Part shown: positions 62,793-64,000 of the stretch, one piece after another
Numbering within the stretch: position 1 is the stretch's first letter
How the letters are laid out: each line of letters starts with the position of its first letter
Assembly (NCBI GenBank): GCA_900553015.1
Contig: USBY01000006.1
Span: 19,999-83,998, forward strand
DNA: 64,000 nt
Reading direction: 5' to 3'
Source: an uncultured Clostridium sp.
GTDB taxonomy: Bacteria > Bacillota > Clostridia > TANB77 > CAG-508
Translations under genes and position numbers: made by a program
Notes under the pieces: generated by a model
The model's input: the letters and a program-made list of their open reading frames with translations, nothing else
Database searches by the model: none
Told to the model about the DNA's origin: nothing

Positions 62793-63536
62793 TTACATTC
62801 TTTTAAAAATTACATCACTAAAATCTGTCTTCTCTAGTTGTGTTTTTCCTTGTGTTTGAACATCTCCAGTTGGTAAATCAATTGTTATAGTTCCTTTATA
62901 TTTAATATTTCTACTAGTTTCTATTATTATATCAAAACTTAGTTTATAATTTAAATCTTCTGAATTTGTATTACCTTTTGCAAGTAAAGTTCCGTCATGT
63001 ATAATTTCTTCATCATTACTTCTTACTTCACATACATTTTGATTAACTGAACGTAATAAAATTATGCTTCCTTGATTTGAAATTTTTAATTCATCTAAGT
63101 TTGTTTCTTTTTCGCCTTTATATGTTAATGAACTTCCTACTAAATGTGCTTCATCTTCGACAACTTTACCTTCAGAATTAGCTCTGTATAACTTTATATT
63201 CTCTGCTCCGCTATTCTTTTCTATAACAAAGTTTTCAAATGTTATATTTTTAATATTTGTATTTTTTGTATATTCATCATTTTTTTGTATTTCTAAATAT
63301 ATATCGTTATATTGATTAACACTAAAATTCCATTTTGTATCTGCTGCTGCTTCTATTTCGTTACTTTCCGCAGTACTTACCACAATCATTTTTGAAAGTT
63401 CAAATGGTAAATTAGTTTCACCTTCAACTTGATATCTTAACATTATTATTCCTGCTATTATTAAAATTAAAACTATAATTCCAAGTATAACACATATGTG
63501 AACAATTTTTTTACCTTTTAATTCACTAATTTTCAT
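62793..63536 (-). CDS. Hypothetical N-terminally membrane-anchored extracytoplasmic protein (247 aa)
   Basis: Single N-terminal TM segment, then a beta-rich domain. No motifs. Overlaps the tadA stop. Confidence 0.5.
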   Translation of the reverse strand: MKISELKGKKIVHICVILGIIVLILIIAGIIMLRYQVEGETNLPFELSKMIVVSTAESNEIEAAADTKWNFSVNQYNDIYLEIQKNDEYTKNTNIKNITFENFVIEKNSGAENIKLYRANSEGKVVEDEAHLVGSSLTYKGEKETNLDELKISNQGSIILLRSVNQNVCEVRSNDEEIIHDGTLLAKGNTNSEDLNYKLSFDIIIETSRNIKYKGTITIDLPTGDVQTQGKTQLEKTDFSDVIFKRM

Positions 63537-63990
63537 TAGTTACACCTCTATCTTTCTTCTTTTTTTCTCTTAATTCTTTAAAAAATCTCTGTAGTATTTC
63601 TTTACTCTCTTCTTCTAATATATTTTTTTCATATTCTGGTATATGATTAAATTTATATTTCGTTAAATCTATAACAGAGCCACATGCTCCAGCTTTTAAG
63701 TCAGATACACCATAATAAATTTTTCGTATTCTAGAATTAATTATTGCTCCCATACACATTGGACATGGTTCCATTGTAACATATATATCACACTCTTCTA
63801 ATCTCCAAGCATCTAGCTTCTTACTTGCCTTTTCGATAGCAATAATTTCTGCATGTTTTAGGGTATTCTTTTTTGTTTCTTTTAAATTATGTCCCCTAGA
63901 AATTATTTTTCCATCTTTAACAATTACAGCACCAATAGGAACTTCTCCTTTACTATATGCTTTTTCAGCTTCATTTAATGCTTGTTTCAT
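63526..63990 (-). CDS. tadA: tRNA-specific adenosine deaminase TadA
   Basis: CMP/dCMP deaminase zinc motifs HAEIIAIEKAS ... PCPMCMGAI. Confidence 0.92.
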   Translation of the reverse strand: MKQALNEAEKAYSKGEVPIGAVIVKDGKIISRGHNLKETKKNTLKHAEIIAIEKASKKLDAWRLEECDIYVTMEPCPMCMGAIINSRIRKIYYGVSDLKAGACGSVIDLTKYKFNHIPEYEKNILEEESKEILQRFFKELREKKKKDRGVTNEN

Positions 63991-64000
63991 AAAAAAATTT

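Overview
A 64 kb, very AT-rich (about 27-30% GC) chromosomal segment from a low-GC Gram-positive bacterium; the gene content is Clostridia-like (Firmicutes). About 60% of genes are on the minus strand. Conserved core genes frame the window: rpoC' and rpoB at the left; the rpsF-ssb-rpsR operon, pflB-pflA, and tadA-(hypothetical)-ffs-dnaX-ybaB-recR-truA at the right. Four tRNA genes (Lys-CTT; then Thr, Glu, Lys-TTT) and a short-form SRP RNA (ffs, gene for the signal-recognition-particle RNA) are present. In between lie the accessory blocks listed below.

Accessory blocks:
- A type III toxin-antitoxin (ToxIN/AbiQ-like) locus directly upstream of rpoB, with 48-nt tandem RNA repeats, a sigma-A promoter and a terminator before the toxin.
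- A cell-wall block: glucosaminidase with SH3b/G5 domains, a membrane protein, and a SpoVB-like flippase.
- A single-module NRPS (C-A-T-R, terminal reductase) whose stop codon overlaps a sensor histidine kinase, followed by a separately transcribed REC-HD-GYP response regulator and a DUF975 membrane protein. A frameshifted long-chain acyl-CoA ligase is transcribed divergently from the NRPS.
- Two consecutive overlapping genes for giant surface proteins (about 1543 and 1607 aa), with no LPXTG sorting signal.
- A VanW/G5 protein, a CI/LexA-like repressor carrying a Lys-to-Arg catalytic substitution, and a stand-alone CBM25-like protein.
- A type IV secretion-like module (VirD4-like coupling ATPase, VirB2-like, VirB6/TrbL-like, VirB3-like) with no VirB4 ATPase and no relaxase, sitting next to dnaB-dnaI.
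- A small sigma-region-4-like HTH gene of higher GC content flanked by a GC-rich perfect hairpin.

A conserved 27-30 nt hairpin repeat (GGGATTTGGGGACGTTCC...AAATCCC) occurs at least 8 times in intergenic regions across the window. Two genes (the acyl-CoA ligase and an NrnA-like DHH phosphoesterase) are interrupted by +1 frameshifts in A/T homopolymer runs.
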